64,000 nt of DNA from Octopus sinensis (lineage: Eukaryota). A program made the translations under genes and the position numbers. The notes under the pieces are model-generated. The model was not told the origin of the DNA, made no database searches, and was given only the letters and a program-made list of their open reading frames with translations. This document shows positions 52,306-64,000 of this stretch, piece after piece (positions within the stretch are counted from its first letter, which is position 1; every line of letters begins with the position of its first letter). The stretch spans positions 3,658,001-3,722,000 of the forward strand of contig NC_042997.1 in NCBI RefSeq assembly GCF_006345805.1, written 5' to 3'.

Positions 52306-54119
52306 ATTTCAACAATTGAGGGCAAAATTAATTAATTATTAATCAATTTCACCAAGTGTTCAGTATGCAAAGGGACCATTCAAGGCGAATTCAAATTATT
52401 ACATTATATAAAAGGGCTTAGTAAAATAAATTACTTTGCCGCATACTGAACTCATTAGAAATAGCAGCCAAAAAACTTTTTTAAAGCTATTTCTAATACT
52501 TAAAGAAAATCTCTCTCATATATAGGTTTGCTTAATTCAACTCACAAAAGTTTGGGGGTAAGGACATCGAAAAATCAAATGCTAAGGTTATTCGAGAACG
52601 TACGTTTCAAGATTAGTCAAAACAACATTTCTATCATCGGCTCAGAAATTCCTTGGTTTGGATTTGGAAACACTGAAAATAAGAACATACCCTTTCGAAG
52701 ATCTGCTCCCAACTAACAGTGCCAACAAATTCAAATAAGCAAGCGAAGAATCTCTGTTCTCCCCTTTCCACCAGCGTGGGTTAAAATCATCAAACACTAT
52801 GCTTATTTCGGAAAAATCCGAAGCATTAATCAGAGGGAGATTAATTATAATTTCAACAATTGAGGGCAAAATTAATTAATTATTAATCAATTTCACCAAG
52901 TGTTCAGTATGCAAATGGACCATTCAAGCGAATTCAAATTATTACATTATATAAAAGGGCTTAGTAAAATAAATTACTTTGCCGCATACTGAACTCATTA
53001 GAAATAGCAGCCAAAAACTTTTTTAAGCTATTTCTAATACTTAAAGAAAATCTCTCTCATATATAGTGTTTGCTTAATTCAACTCACAAAAGTTTGGGGG
53101 TAAGGACATCGAAAAATCAAATGCTAAGGTTATTCGAGAACGTACGTTTCAAGATTAGTCAAAACAACATTTCTATCATCGGCTCAGAAATTCCTTGGTT
53201 TGGATTTGGAAACACTGAAAATAAGAACATACCCTTTCGAAGATCTGCTCCCAACTAACAGTGCCAACAAATTCAAATAAGCAAGCGAAGAATCTCTGTT
53301 CTCCCCTTTCCACCAGCGTGGGTTAAAATCATCAAACACTATGCTTATTTCGGTAAAATCCGAAGCATTAATCAGAGGGAGATTAATTATAATTTCAACA
53401 ATTGAGGGCAAAATTAATTAATTATTAATCAATTTCACCAAGTGTTCAGTATGCAAAGGGACCATTCAAGGCGAATTCAAATTATTACATTATATAAAAA
53501 GGCTTAGTAAAATAAATTACTTTGCCGCATACTGAACTCATTAGAAATAGCAGCCAAAAAACTTTTTTAAAGCTTTTTCTAATACTTAAAGAAAATCTCT
53601 CTCATATATAGTGTTTGCTTAATTCAACTCACAAAAGTTTGGGGGTAAAGACATCGAAAATTCAAATGCTAAGGTTATTCGAGAACGTACGTTTCAAGAT
53701 TAGTCAAAACAACATTTCTATCATCGGCTCAGAAATTCCTTGGTTTGGATTTGGAAACACTGAAAATAAGAACATACCCTTTCGAAGATCTGCTCCCAAC
53801 TAACAGTGCCAACAAATTCAAATAAGCAAGCGAAGAATCTCTGTTCTCCCCTTTCCACCAGCGTGGGTTAAAATCATCAAACACTATGCTTATTTCGGTA
53901 AAATCCGAAGCATTAATCAGAGGGAGATTAATATAATTTCAACAATTGAGGGCAAAATTAATTAATTATTAATCAATTTCACCAAGTGTTCAGTATGCAA
54001 AGGACCATTCAAGGCGAATTCAAATTATTACATTATATAAAAGGGCTTAGTAAAATAAATTACTTTGCCGCATACTGAACTCATTAGAAATAGCAGCCAA
54101 AAAACTTTTTTAAAGCTAT
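52306..54119. repeat. Tandem array of ~543-bp units (3 full plus a ~184-bp partial), flanked by (TA)n
   Basis: Units start at 52306, 52850, 53392 and 53936 (atttcaacaattgagggc); lengths 544, 542, 544; only scattered differences. Confidence 0.97.
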
Positions 54120-54130
54120 ATATATATATA

Positions 54131-54175
<45 letters not shown>

Positions 54176-54479
54176 GCGTGTGTGTGTGTGTGTGTGTGTG
54201 TGTTACATATGTATCTTATATGTGTTACTTCTTACAATCATCAGACTGCAGTTATTGTGACGCACAGTCTTCGACCGTTTTCGAGCGAATGAATCAGCAC
54301 TGTAATTAATTTAAACCTACTACTTATTCTGCAACGCTAGGTTGCATGTAGTTAATCACATGTACACCAGTTATGAAGTTGTTGTCGGTGACAAACATGG
54401 ATATAAATACACACAGAGATCCACATGCACAAACATACAGACACACACACACTTACTTCATAGATCTTTGGGCTAAGGA

Positions 54480-54590
54480 TTTTATAGTAGACACTTACCG
54501 AATGTGCCACAGAGGGAAACTGAACCTGGAACTTCGTGGTTTAAAAGGAAACTTTTTAAAACCGAGAAGTACTCAGCTTCACAGAAGAGA
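54480..54590 (-). mobile_element. Decayed tRNA-derived SINE (family B)
   Basis: Reverse complement ccacgaagttccaggttcagtttccctctgtggcacattcggtaagtgtctacta resembles 48275-48335. Confidence 0.55.
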
Positions 54591-57500
54591 AAACACGACT
54601 GTTCAACTCGAGAGTGATGGTTGGAACAACGGTGAAAAATTATCAATGTTAATTTATTGATGCAGTTTGGCAAGTCTATGTCAGCTTTATCCAAAAATTT
54701 CAAAAAAGAAAAACATGTTTAAAAAGATTCAAGACTCTGCAAAAATTCTTCAAGACTCTGCAAAAATTCTTCATTGTTCAAAACGTTGCTGACTTATTGT
54801 TCAACCTGATATAGAACAACACAAACACACACGCACACGTGCACTCACACACACACACTCACACACACACGCACAAATAATTGGGCATAGAAGTAAATAT
54901 AATGCAATATCGGTTTCTAAATTTTCGAACGACTGACATGCATTGAGCTAATTAAACCTATTGTTACAATAAACTTTCCTCTATAAGGAGTCTCTACTCC
55001 ACACCATCTACATTTTCAGAGACTCATTTCCTCTACCACTGCGTCAGACTGTAGGGTTCTCTTTGAAAAGATTCAGCTATAGATTATTTTACCCATTCAT
55101 GCGCATCAACTCTAAGGGTGTGCAACGTCAAATTGTTCTTAAAGACTGGACTTCATGTGACCGAAATAATGAACGTTAGAGGGTGGCCTTCCCACCGGCA
55201 AATTTGCTCGCTGATCTACCCGTCTCCCTGTCTGTCAAATATCGAAGGACTCGAGCAAGTCGTGATGCATATGCAACGTTTCTGGATTCATATTCGCCCT
55301 CGTCCTTATTGTAGCTTCTCTAAGCTGCATGAGTGCCTCTATCATCAGTTTGCGATTCATTGCGAAGCCTCATTACAATGGATTAAGAATTAATTTGTTA
55401 TACTCCAGAGCTTATTTATACAATATCCTGCTTTACGCGATGGTCAAGTAAAGCAGATTTATTATCAGCTAAATACATACTAGAATCTTGTATTCAATCG
55501 AAAATATTATAGTTCCACCTTTTCCGCCTTCCATCTATATGAATCCATTCTTACATAATACCTCATGGTAAGATATCAATTGTGTGACAACGTTCCCATA
55601 CCGAATCACACACACTCTCATCATAGGAGAACTGTTGTTGTTTGTCGTTGTTTAACATAAGCTAGCTCAAACTAAAATACGGGACGAAGTGAATTCTCTT
55701 GAAAAATACCATTTTACTTGCAAAGTGCCATTCATTTGTGTTTGTTTAGTAATTTTATATGTATACGGGTTAAGGGAATCTATTAAAGCATAATAATGTT
55801 ATCACTAACATCATCTGCATTTAGTTATTTTAAGAAACATTGTGCATGCAGTCTGCCATTTTTTCCATCTGTGTGACAAAGCCCATGATTTAATGCTACG
55901 CAATAATACATTGAACATACGATCTTCAGAGATCTTGTTTTGCAACTTGTTCAATGAAACATTCCCTGCACAACTCATGGACTATGTACAAACTATCATA
56001 TGCTAATTAGCCAAATAATAAATGAGGTAAAAACATAATGCTTGATACTCATCAGTATAACTAAGAAAACTTCTGTAAAGTCTCTGCATAATTTTTCCTG
56101 CAAAGACAGTTGGGAATTTGAATACCAATATATATATATCTCCGGTTTCATGGCGGATGCGATAAACAACATTAAGTAATAAATGTTGGAATAGATTATC
56201 TGCTGCATATTCCCAACAGCTAGCAGAAATGAAGAGCGACGAATTAAATATTACTACCCAAATATATAAGTGAACACTTACATCATTACTACATATAGAG
56301 AGAATATAAAAGAATGACTGTACATAGCTTTGCTAATATTCTGCAAATGTACCAGGGTAATTATTACTGGAGTGATGTTAGGCTCCAAGGCAAGCTAACT
56401 TGAAAGAGATTCTCAATATATGATTATTGAAAGAAATTATAATATTCCTGCAATAGTCAATAACAAATGCTGGATATAAACGTGTGATATAAGCATGGGG
56501 GGTGATAAGGATATCGCATTGCATATTTTATCCATCGTTTGGGTATACAAATCAAAAGAATAAATATGTGATATGAATTTGGCACACGACTTTCAAATAT
56601 ATCTGTACATTTAATCCAACTTACATTCTAGGACTTCTATTATTCCGAAAGGACAAGTAACATCATTATACATCTCCTTAATAAATAAATCCAAACTGGA
56701 ATGCAGTCGAAAGGATGTGACAAGCGTTAACCTGTGTTTATATCCTTAAGCATATGTATATATATTACTTTCTATATATTTTATATTCTATTTCCTATGT
56801 AGTCTATATTCTCTTTGCTCTCTCTCTATCTCTCTGGAAATGGGAAAAGTTTCAAACAGGGATATGTAAATGCACACCGCGCTATCATCAGTAGGCAATA
56901 ATAGAAGAGCGAAGGCAAGTTTACTGGGTTTTCTGTTTACTGCTTTGTTATGATCTTATGATCTAAAGCCAATGTTACATGCTAGCTAAGATGCTAAGGC
57001 ACAATGTTGTTTTTTTTATATCTGAATATAAATCTCTACCGTTCAACCTATAAATTTTGTAATTAGTATTAAACATAAAACTTTTTTAATATACTAAATG
57101 GAAATCAATAGTCGATCCTTAACATAAAAATTGCTAAAATGTTATTTCTAGAATATTTAGGAACGATTTAAAATTATTTTTCACACATTAATATAATTCA
57201 GACACGTTTTAAAGGCAAAAGAGAAGCAGAAAAATAAACCCCACGAAATTCGCTAGTTTAGTATTAAAATCTTACAAAATATAATAACAAGCATAATCAA
57301 TAATGATTTCAGCACAAATTAATGACCAAGCTTCATGGATTCAAACCAAGAGCATTAAATATCACTTAAATAGGTAAGAAAATCAAAGAAATTACCAGCC
57401 TATTCCAAACCGGTCTCATTAATTCTACAATCATAATACAAACAGTTACTAATTTTAAATCATTTATCGTAAGGTTAGAGACACATTCTGCAACTCCAAT

Positions 57501-57767
57501 ATACAAAAAGTATAACAACGGAATACGTCTAGCCGCTAAGAAAATAATACATGTAATATATAATAAAACATACAAGTAACCATAAATCTCTTTAACTATG
57601 CGCCACAGAACATCTGGATGTAGTACAACCGTTGCTCTAATTTACTTAAGGATAATTCAGATTTAACCTTAAATTGCTTAGAGAAAGCCTATAGATAATT
57701 CAACGCAGGCAAGCATAACTCATTCTCTTTATCTAACCTCTCTCTCTCTACATATATATATATATAT

Positions 57768-57835
<68 letters not shown>

Positions 57836-57869
57836 GTGTGTGTCTCTGTATACAAGTACACACATATAT

Positions 57870-58000
57870 ATAGTATTGTTGAAATTTACAGAAAAAGAAA
57901 AGCTCGGGAAAGTGAGAAAGACTTTTAGTTTTGGAGCCTACGCTCCTTTGTAGAAAGTAGCATGAGGATATAACAAGAGAGAATAAAGTAAAATGCGGAT
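57870..58000 (-). repeat. Decayed solo pseudo-LTR of the 32.9/46.8 kb family
   Basis: Reverse complement ggagcgtaggctccaaaactaaaagtctttctcactttcccgagc matches 46845-46890 and 32974-33000. Confidence 0.6.
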
Positions 58001-58099
58001 TTAGTGATCAATCATGGTGACTGGTTGGAAAAAATTGTTGGAGGGGATAGGTAAAAAAAAGGGGAGATAATAAACTACTGGTTATCCAAACATACATTC

Positions 58100-58205
58100 A
58101 TAAGTACATACATACATAGAAACATACATACATACATACATACATACATACATACATACATACATACATACATACATACATACATACATACATACATACA
58201 TGCAT
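58100..58205. repeat. (CATA)n microsatellite
   Basis: Seen directly. Confidence 0.97.
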
Positions 58206-58588
58206 GCATATATGCATAAATATTCATACTTATATTTGTTTGAGCCAGACACATGCTCACAGTCTATGGCCATTTTGCTCAACTTAACGTTCCACTCACC
58301 GTGTTTTAATTTACCTAAAAGAAGAAGAGGATATCAACATCAACATCATGATCACATCTAGTCATATTTGTTCATCTCAGATGAAATGAAAAAGTTGCAT
58401 GTTTTGCTTCTTCACGTCTGTTTATCTTAGATCCTTGAAACTTTTCGATTAGTTTTTCAAAAAAATGTAGTCGAGGGAAACGTTGTGATTCTAGAGCTTT
58501 AACGGAAGGGAGACTGTAAAATTCTACGTTGTTCAAAATGGGTACGACTATAAGTTTCAATCCCAAATTTAGATGCTAGACATTCAAG

Positions 58589-58895
58589 GATTTTTTTCAT
58601 GGTAAGGGGGTGATCAGAGTTTATCGATTCCAGCGGACCAAAAAGTCTACACTTTCATGGCACAAGAAGTTGGATTTTCCATGTATATGACAGTTTAATT
58701 TTCGCTTCTTCGTTCTAGCTTTTAGTGCCGCCGTCTTTTAATATAGAACATGTAGAAGCTATACATATATCAATGCGACAGTCATCTTAGTGTAACAGCA
58801 TTGGATTAATCCAACTCCTTGTTCCATGAAAGTGTACACTTTTTGGTCCGCTGGAATCGATAAATTCTGATCACCCACTTACCATGAAAAATATC
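58589..58895. mobile_element. MITE-like foldback with 88-bp inverted repeats and 131-bp spacer
   Basis: 58589-58676 is the reverse complement of 58808-58895 with 6 mismatches. Confidence 0.8.
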
Positions 58896-61800
58896 GATGT
58901 TACAGTCTACTGCAGTTGATCTCTTTTGCAGATTTACATCAACGCGTGATCGTATATATGTATGTATATATATGTGATGGTGTATTTATATAGTAGATGT
59001 ACGTGCGTATATGTATTTTTATTGCTTTAGATTGTTTCGGGTATTTGAAACCGAGTATCTCGTTATTGCTTCGTAATATCAATTTCTGTTTCATTGCACT
59101 GCTATAGGAATACAGCGACGAGGGGAGTCTTACAACTAAATTCGAAATTCTCTCATTAAAGCACAAAAGAGAAAACAGCGTTCGGTAAGAACTGCAATAT
59201 CATGAATAGACGTGAATCTTATTTTTTTTCATGTATGAATACAATTTCAAATGTGTTTTACGTTTAAATATTAAATAACGAGGATATCCTCTGAACACTA
59301 GAGCATTTCCGTCATTAACACAAATATTTCGGTTAAAATTTTACAAGTCATTAATTAATCAATGAAGCAATCCATCAATCAATTTCCTATATAACTGTCT
59401 AGCAATCAAAATAAGTATAGTTGTTATTAATATCCCTATCAGCATTACGTTCTAGACATATGAATCAATTTATATCTATATCCATTAATCAGTCCATTCC
59501 AACAATTATTCCCCTAAACATCCATTGATTCATCCATCCAGAAATTCATTCACCGGGTGATTTCCTTCCACACACTCATACAATTATCTTTTTATCTTTG
59601 TCCTTTACTATCGATAGAATGTTTCACTTTTCCTCATTCAATAACTCTACATACATATATGCATACCTAAACACAGATATACATTTATTAGATATGACTG
59701 TATCCAACTTCCAGCCTCATTGCAACATACTGTTTCGAATACCTGCATATCTAACAATAATCTAACTACATGTATCGCTACATTATTTTGATACATCAGA
59801 CTACTGAACTTCATAGTTATGTTATTGTTCGTCTTTCGTTTTCAATAATAACTAACACAACAAATCTAATCAACACAATATAACTTCTGTTGACATATAC
59901 GTGATTCAGTATTTATAATTACCATTGCCGTCTCCTAAAATTTGAAACTGAATGTGTGTTACCGCATTGTTGCTATAGGTGTACGTGACACCTGATATCG
60001 CAATCCTAAAATACATCACTTATTTACGGTTACAAAACTTCGATATTGGAATTTTGCAAAAATTGGATAAAAATGACAGAGTACTACCAAGAAAGATTAG
60101 TTTTTCGTCCATCTATCTAGGCTTTCTGGAGTAGGGGTAATGTGACTAGGTTTAAGATAATTAAATTTCAGAATAAAATGGTAAATCGAAATATCGTGCT
60201 GTGTTACCTGTTTTGTGATTCACATTATTGTTAATGGGTATAGGTAATTGCTGGTTAAAGTTTATCTTCAGAGGTTTGTTTTTGATCCAAAATCTATCAA
60301 AAATGTAAGGTTCGTTTGTGCCCCTATATAACGAAGATAGTGGTGGTCGCTGATACCTTGATTAAGGTCACGTAGCCATCCAGAGAGATGGCGCGCAAAT
60401 TCGTGTTTGAAGTCATAGAACACTAATAACTATTAAAACTAGAATCAATGCCACGAGACGCTTGATTACGCGCCCATATATCGAATGTAACATGTATATA
60501 AGTTATTTAATTGTAGTAAAGCTACTTTTAACAGGAGGTGAGAAGAATCGGTGTATCTCTTTCATGAACTAGGAATATATTCGAAGAGATTGAAAGGTAA
60601 CTCCGGCATCTCTAAATTTGTTTCGAACGTTATACATCTTATATATGTTTTCTAAGAGAGCGATACACAACTTATGTTGTTCTTTCTCACTAAAAATCAC
60701 CCATATGTAATTTTGGAGAATGTTATCTCATGTAGAATCTCAATTGAAATAGGAATTCCGTTACATATACTGTTCCTGTTTTTGGTATTCCTGTTTCATT
60801 TGATACTAGTTTATATTGTACAGAACGTAGCTTTCTCTGGATAGTGTTCCAGTTTGTTGAATGTAACGGTTGCTTTTATTCTGGTTCATGTTTATTTAAT
60901 TTTGTTGTGATAGTTGGCTTATCGGATGATGGATCTGCTAAACATTGACCTGTTGAGTGTTTATAGTTATGGTACTATCAAACATTGCGTTTACGGTATC
61001 ATAGGTTAGAAACCGAACTCCTTCCTTTCTTACTTCATGACTGCGTTTCTACTATATATCATCTGGAGTCTGTTGCATGGTCCTTTGCCTCTTCCTTATT
61101 TCGTAGGTATTTTGAATGTGGAGGTGGGGCTTATAATTGTGGTGTTGAGGATTCGGTTGTTCATGATGGAAGCGGTTAGATATAACATTTCAAGCCTCTC
61201 TAGCTACAGATATCGCGTTTATTTCCGCTGCTGACATTGTTGATATTCTTGCAGTGGTAGAGTTGTTTGTTATACATCGTTTAATAATGGTCGGCAATAA
61301 CATTATTAAACATCGTTTAATAATGGTATTGTCGGCATCCAATCTCGCAGTTGAAGAAGAAAACTAATTTTGTCGTACTTCAGGTGGATTGTTATTCTAA
61401 CATTGATCTATTTTCTTTTTTGCAATCCTCGAAAACAAAATCGTTCAGACGAACAAAAATCCCAGGTCTTCAAGCTACAGCACCTGTAAATCAAGATATA
61501 TTCCCGTGTCCATGTTTTATGTATTTGTGATTTATTTGTCATTTCCTAATGTAATTTCATTATAGATATCATTATCACTGTTTACATGTGGATAAAGAAC
61601 ATTACTTATCTTTCATCGCGTCGTCTTTGAATGTTTGGTGTATAGAAAATGCATTATAAATACGCGCTTTGTGTCACTGATTGTAACCACAACACTACAC
61701 GTGAGACAACAACGCCTGCACTATCTATTACTCTTGCAACGTGTTGTACTGTTCACCACACTCCGAAATATATTTTAATATATGTAGCGCTTTGCTGCTG

Positions 61801-62699
61801 TAGTCATATTTCTTTTATATTGATTCATTTCTAAGAAATCACCCATTTTTGTAACCTGTAATTAATCAGGTAACATATTGCAGCCGAGTCTAGAAATCTT
61901 TGGATTGCACTTTCGCACGCACAAATCATTTCTTTTTAGGCATTTTATATCATTTGTTTTTATTTCTGTGACTGAGGGAAACGGAATGTTTTTTTTTCAC
62001 ATTCGTATGTTATCATTGATTTTGTACATTTGTTCTTGCTGGTCTTGCATTTGCTGTTGCATTAGTTATGGTAATATAAATATTGATAGATACTAGTAGG
62101 GAATAAAAGGATCTCGGTATAGTCGGAAAACTGTGTAGTGGTAGTCACGTAATATTTCGAAAGTTAAAAGTCAAGCAATATTAGCCAATTAGCCTCATCT
62201 GCCAGGTAAAATAATAAAAAAGTGGAGTCTGACGAGAGACTATATTGAGGACACTGCTGTACATTGACTTGTCCCGAACTATACTGATCATTACACGCTA
62301 TAGCTATGTACATGATACCAAATCGTCAAAGTTGATAGAGAACATAGAAATGCTATACTCATCAAACACAGTTTAAACACTATATGCAAATGGGTTGAAG
62401 GAAATAATATGAAAATTTAATGCTAAAATATTGTACACTCTCCGCTAATATTGCACAAAGATTTATGCATGGAGACAAAATTCACTGAGCCAGGATCTAG
62501 TAAAATCCCAGAGTCAAAATCAAAATCAATATATTACTTTAGTATTGGCATGATAAATCAAAATGATACACATCTTATTAAGATGACAAGGAAATGTAGA
62601 TCGCTAGCTTAATAGTTTCTAAGATCTTTCAGAACAAAAGAGTAGGAAAGCATAATCGTCTCCGGAGAAAATTTTTCGTCAGCCGTCTGGATTATTCGT

Positions 62700-63200
62700 C
62701 ACCGTTGAAGTCACCACATTATGTATAATAAATCTAAAGTAATGTATCAACTCCGGAAAACTTGAAAAAGTTTAAACTCTGCTCCCGAAAGCAAACACAA
62801 GAAAGTTATACAGTTCTAATATCTCGAGACTTCTGGAAAGGCATGCACAAAGATTAGGCATTGAAAGCTATGCTACTCATCAAACAGGTCGTCACAGCAT
62901 CGTGCTAAAAATCTTATCTTTTACATTCAGATTTATAACCAGTTAGAGCAATGTCATCTCACAGATCTTTAGTATCCTATGAAACGACCTAGAAGAGTCA
63001 TATGGAATGAATATAAATATTTTCAAAATTCTATTTGGAATTCTACTTAGCAGTGACAGAAACACTTGGGAGTTGTAACTTCGATCTCTCTTCTTCGCCA
63101 AATGCAAACTACAAAAAAAACAGAAGCTCAGCAAAAGTGTGGCATCACAAATGGATTTCTCCCGGCCTGGTAGCAGCTTACGGGTTGATTTACGTAAAGG
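62700..63200 (+). mobile_element. Possible very old CR1/L2-type RT relic
   Basis: Faint YLETSGKACTKI (cf. YLDFxKAFDKV) and QKHLGVVTS (cf. EKDLGV); many stops. Confidence 0.25.
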
Positions 63201-64000
63201 ATTAAAACAATAATAACTTGACATTTCATTACTGAAGATTCATAGTTTCAAACTTATTAAAAGTCATAATTGTCTAATACACAAAGAAGCTTCATACACT
63301 ACGTCTAATGAATATGCTGCTTCTTGAATATCTACCAAAAACACGTAGTAATATATCCATTCTAGAGTGTAAAATTTCATTCGTGCCTCTATTTTTCAAC
63401 AGCCTTTTAAATTATGACGTGTAGAAAACATGTGTAATGCCTCGAGATATATTTAGGGAGAGGTGTGTTGTTTTTGTTGGTTTTTTTAAAGAAAGTTATA
63501 TTAGTGAAATCCATATAATTAAATCTCTAGGAAAATAAGCATAACAATGTTGAATGGATTTTAATTAAGAAAGAAACGCATGGAATGGAATGTATATGAC
63601 AGAAGATATATAAAAACGTTGAACAATTAAATATCAAAATACATACAGAAACTCAGTAGTTATGAAGTTTAAATGTTCAAGAAACAGAATGGAAACGAGA
63701 GAAAGCGTTGTCATGTTAACAATAATGATTTTTATCAAAATTCCTTTCCACATATCTATTTCTTGTAATTATGTTTACTTAGGATCTTCATATGGGAGTG
63801 ATGGACTCTGGGAATTTGTTAAATTCCAAATATCTTATATTTAGTTTGCGGGTATGAGGTTCAATCTGAAGCAGATTTAGCATTAAGGAGTTTGTACCTA
63901 GTGAATTGCCTGAAGAGATAGGCACAATAGTAATAAAGATAGCGCTTTTTGGAAAAAATAGAGAAAAGTAATATTTACGCTCATTTTAAGCTAATAATCG

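Noticed and set aside
52528-53803. 62-aa and 75-aa ORFs repeated in each 543-bp unit
   Set aside because: Non-ATG starts, short, no recognisable motif; they recur only because the DNA is repeated
52306-54119. CRISPR-like array or hammerhead call for the tandem unit
   Set aside because: No unique spacers and a eukaryotic context; the hammerhead core is deviant and stem I could not be formed, so it is reported only as a hairpin finding
54725-54772. 21-bp direct duplication ttcaagactctgcaaaaattc
   Set aside because: Ordinary slippage duplication
55118-55393. GC-richer 91-aa ORF
   Set aside because: No motif; possibly an unrecognisable LINE relic
3361-58282. Many ORFs of poly-I/L/Y/R/N or IYIY/CVCV type in the track
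   Set aside because: They are translations of (ATT)n, (CTT)n, (TA)n and (CA)n tracts, which lack stops in some frames
60340-60480. Small CpG-rich patch as a promoter
   Set aside because: Too short, with no downstream gene identified
60780-61260. Possible RNase H relic of an I/Nimb-type LINE on the minus strand (SAAEINAISVARE)
   Set aside because: Single weak motif; the other catalytic residues were not found

Overview
AT-rich eukaryotic intronic or intergenic DNA, dense in (AT)n, (ATT)n and (CA)n microsatellites and in mobile elements. The repeat types resemble those I recall from octopod cephalopod genomes (inference, not checked). I recognise no host protein-coding gene, rRNA, true tRNA or CRISPR array, and most ORFs in the track are microsatellite read-throughs. 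Content: (i) a 7-17.8 kb cluster of co-oriented R4/Dong-clade RLE retrotransposons and a SINE-like partner, interleaved with (ATT)n tracts; (ii) L1/Tx1-like ORF2 relics plus several ORF1-only relics; (iii) three Tc1/mariner transposons (DD37D, a decayed mariner, DD34E); (iv) two Penelope-like elements (PLEs) with pseudo-LTRs (pLTRs); (v) a HERO-like fragment, tRNA-derived SINEs and a MITE-like foldback. The most interesting signal is a set of hammerhead ribozyme (HHR) folds, found by hand, in PLE-type terminal repeats: two identical intact type-I HHRs in an inverted pair (34.7/35.5 kb), a minimal ACGU-palindrome HHR (27.06 kb) and a core-variant CUGUUGA HHR (32.96 kb). A 244-bp palindrome and an unexplained ~543-bp tandem array with LTR-like terminal redundancy also stand out. 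All alignments and folds were done by eye, and element boundaries are approximate unless TIRs or stems are quoted.
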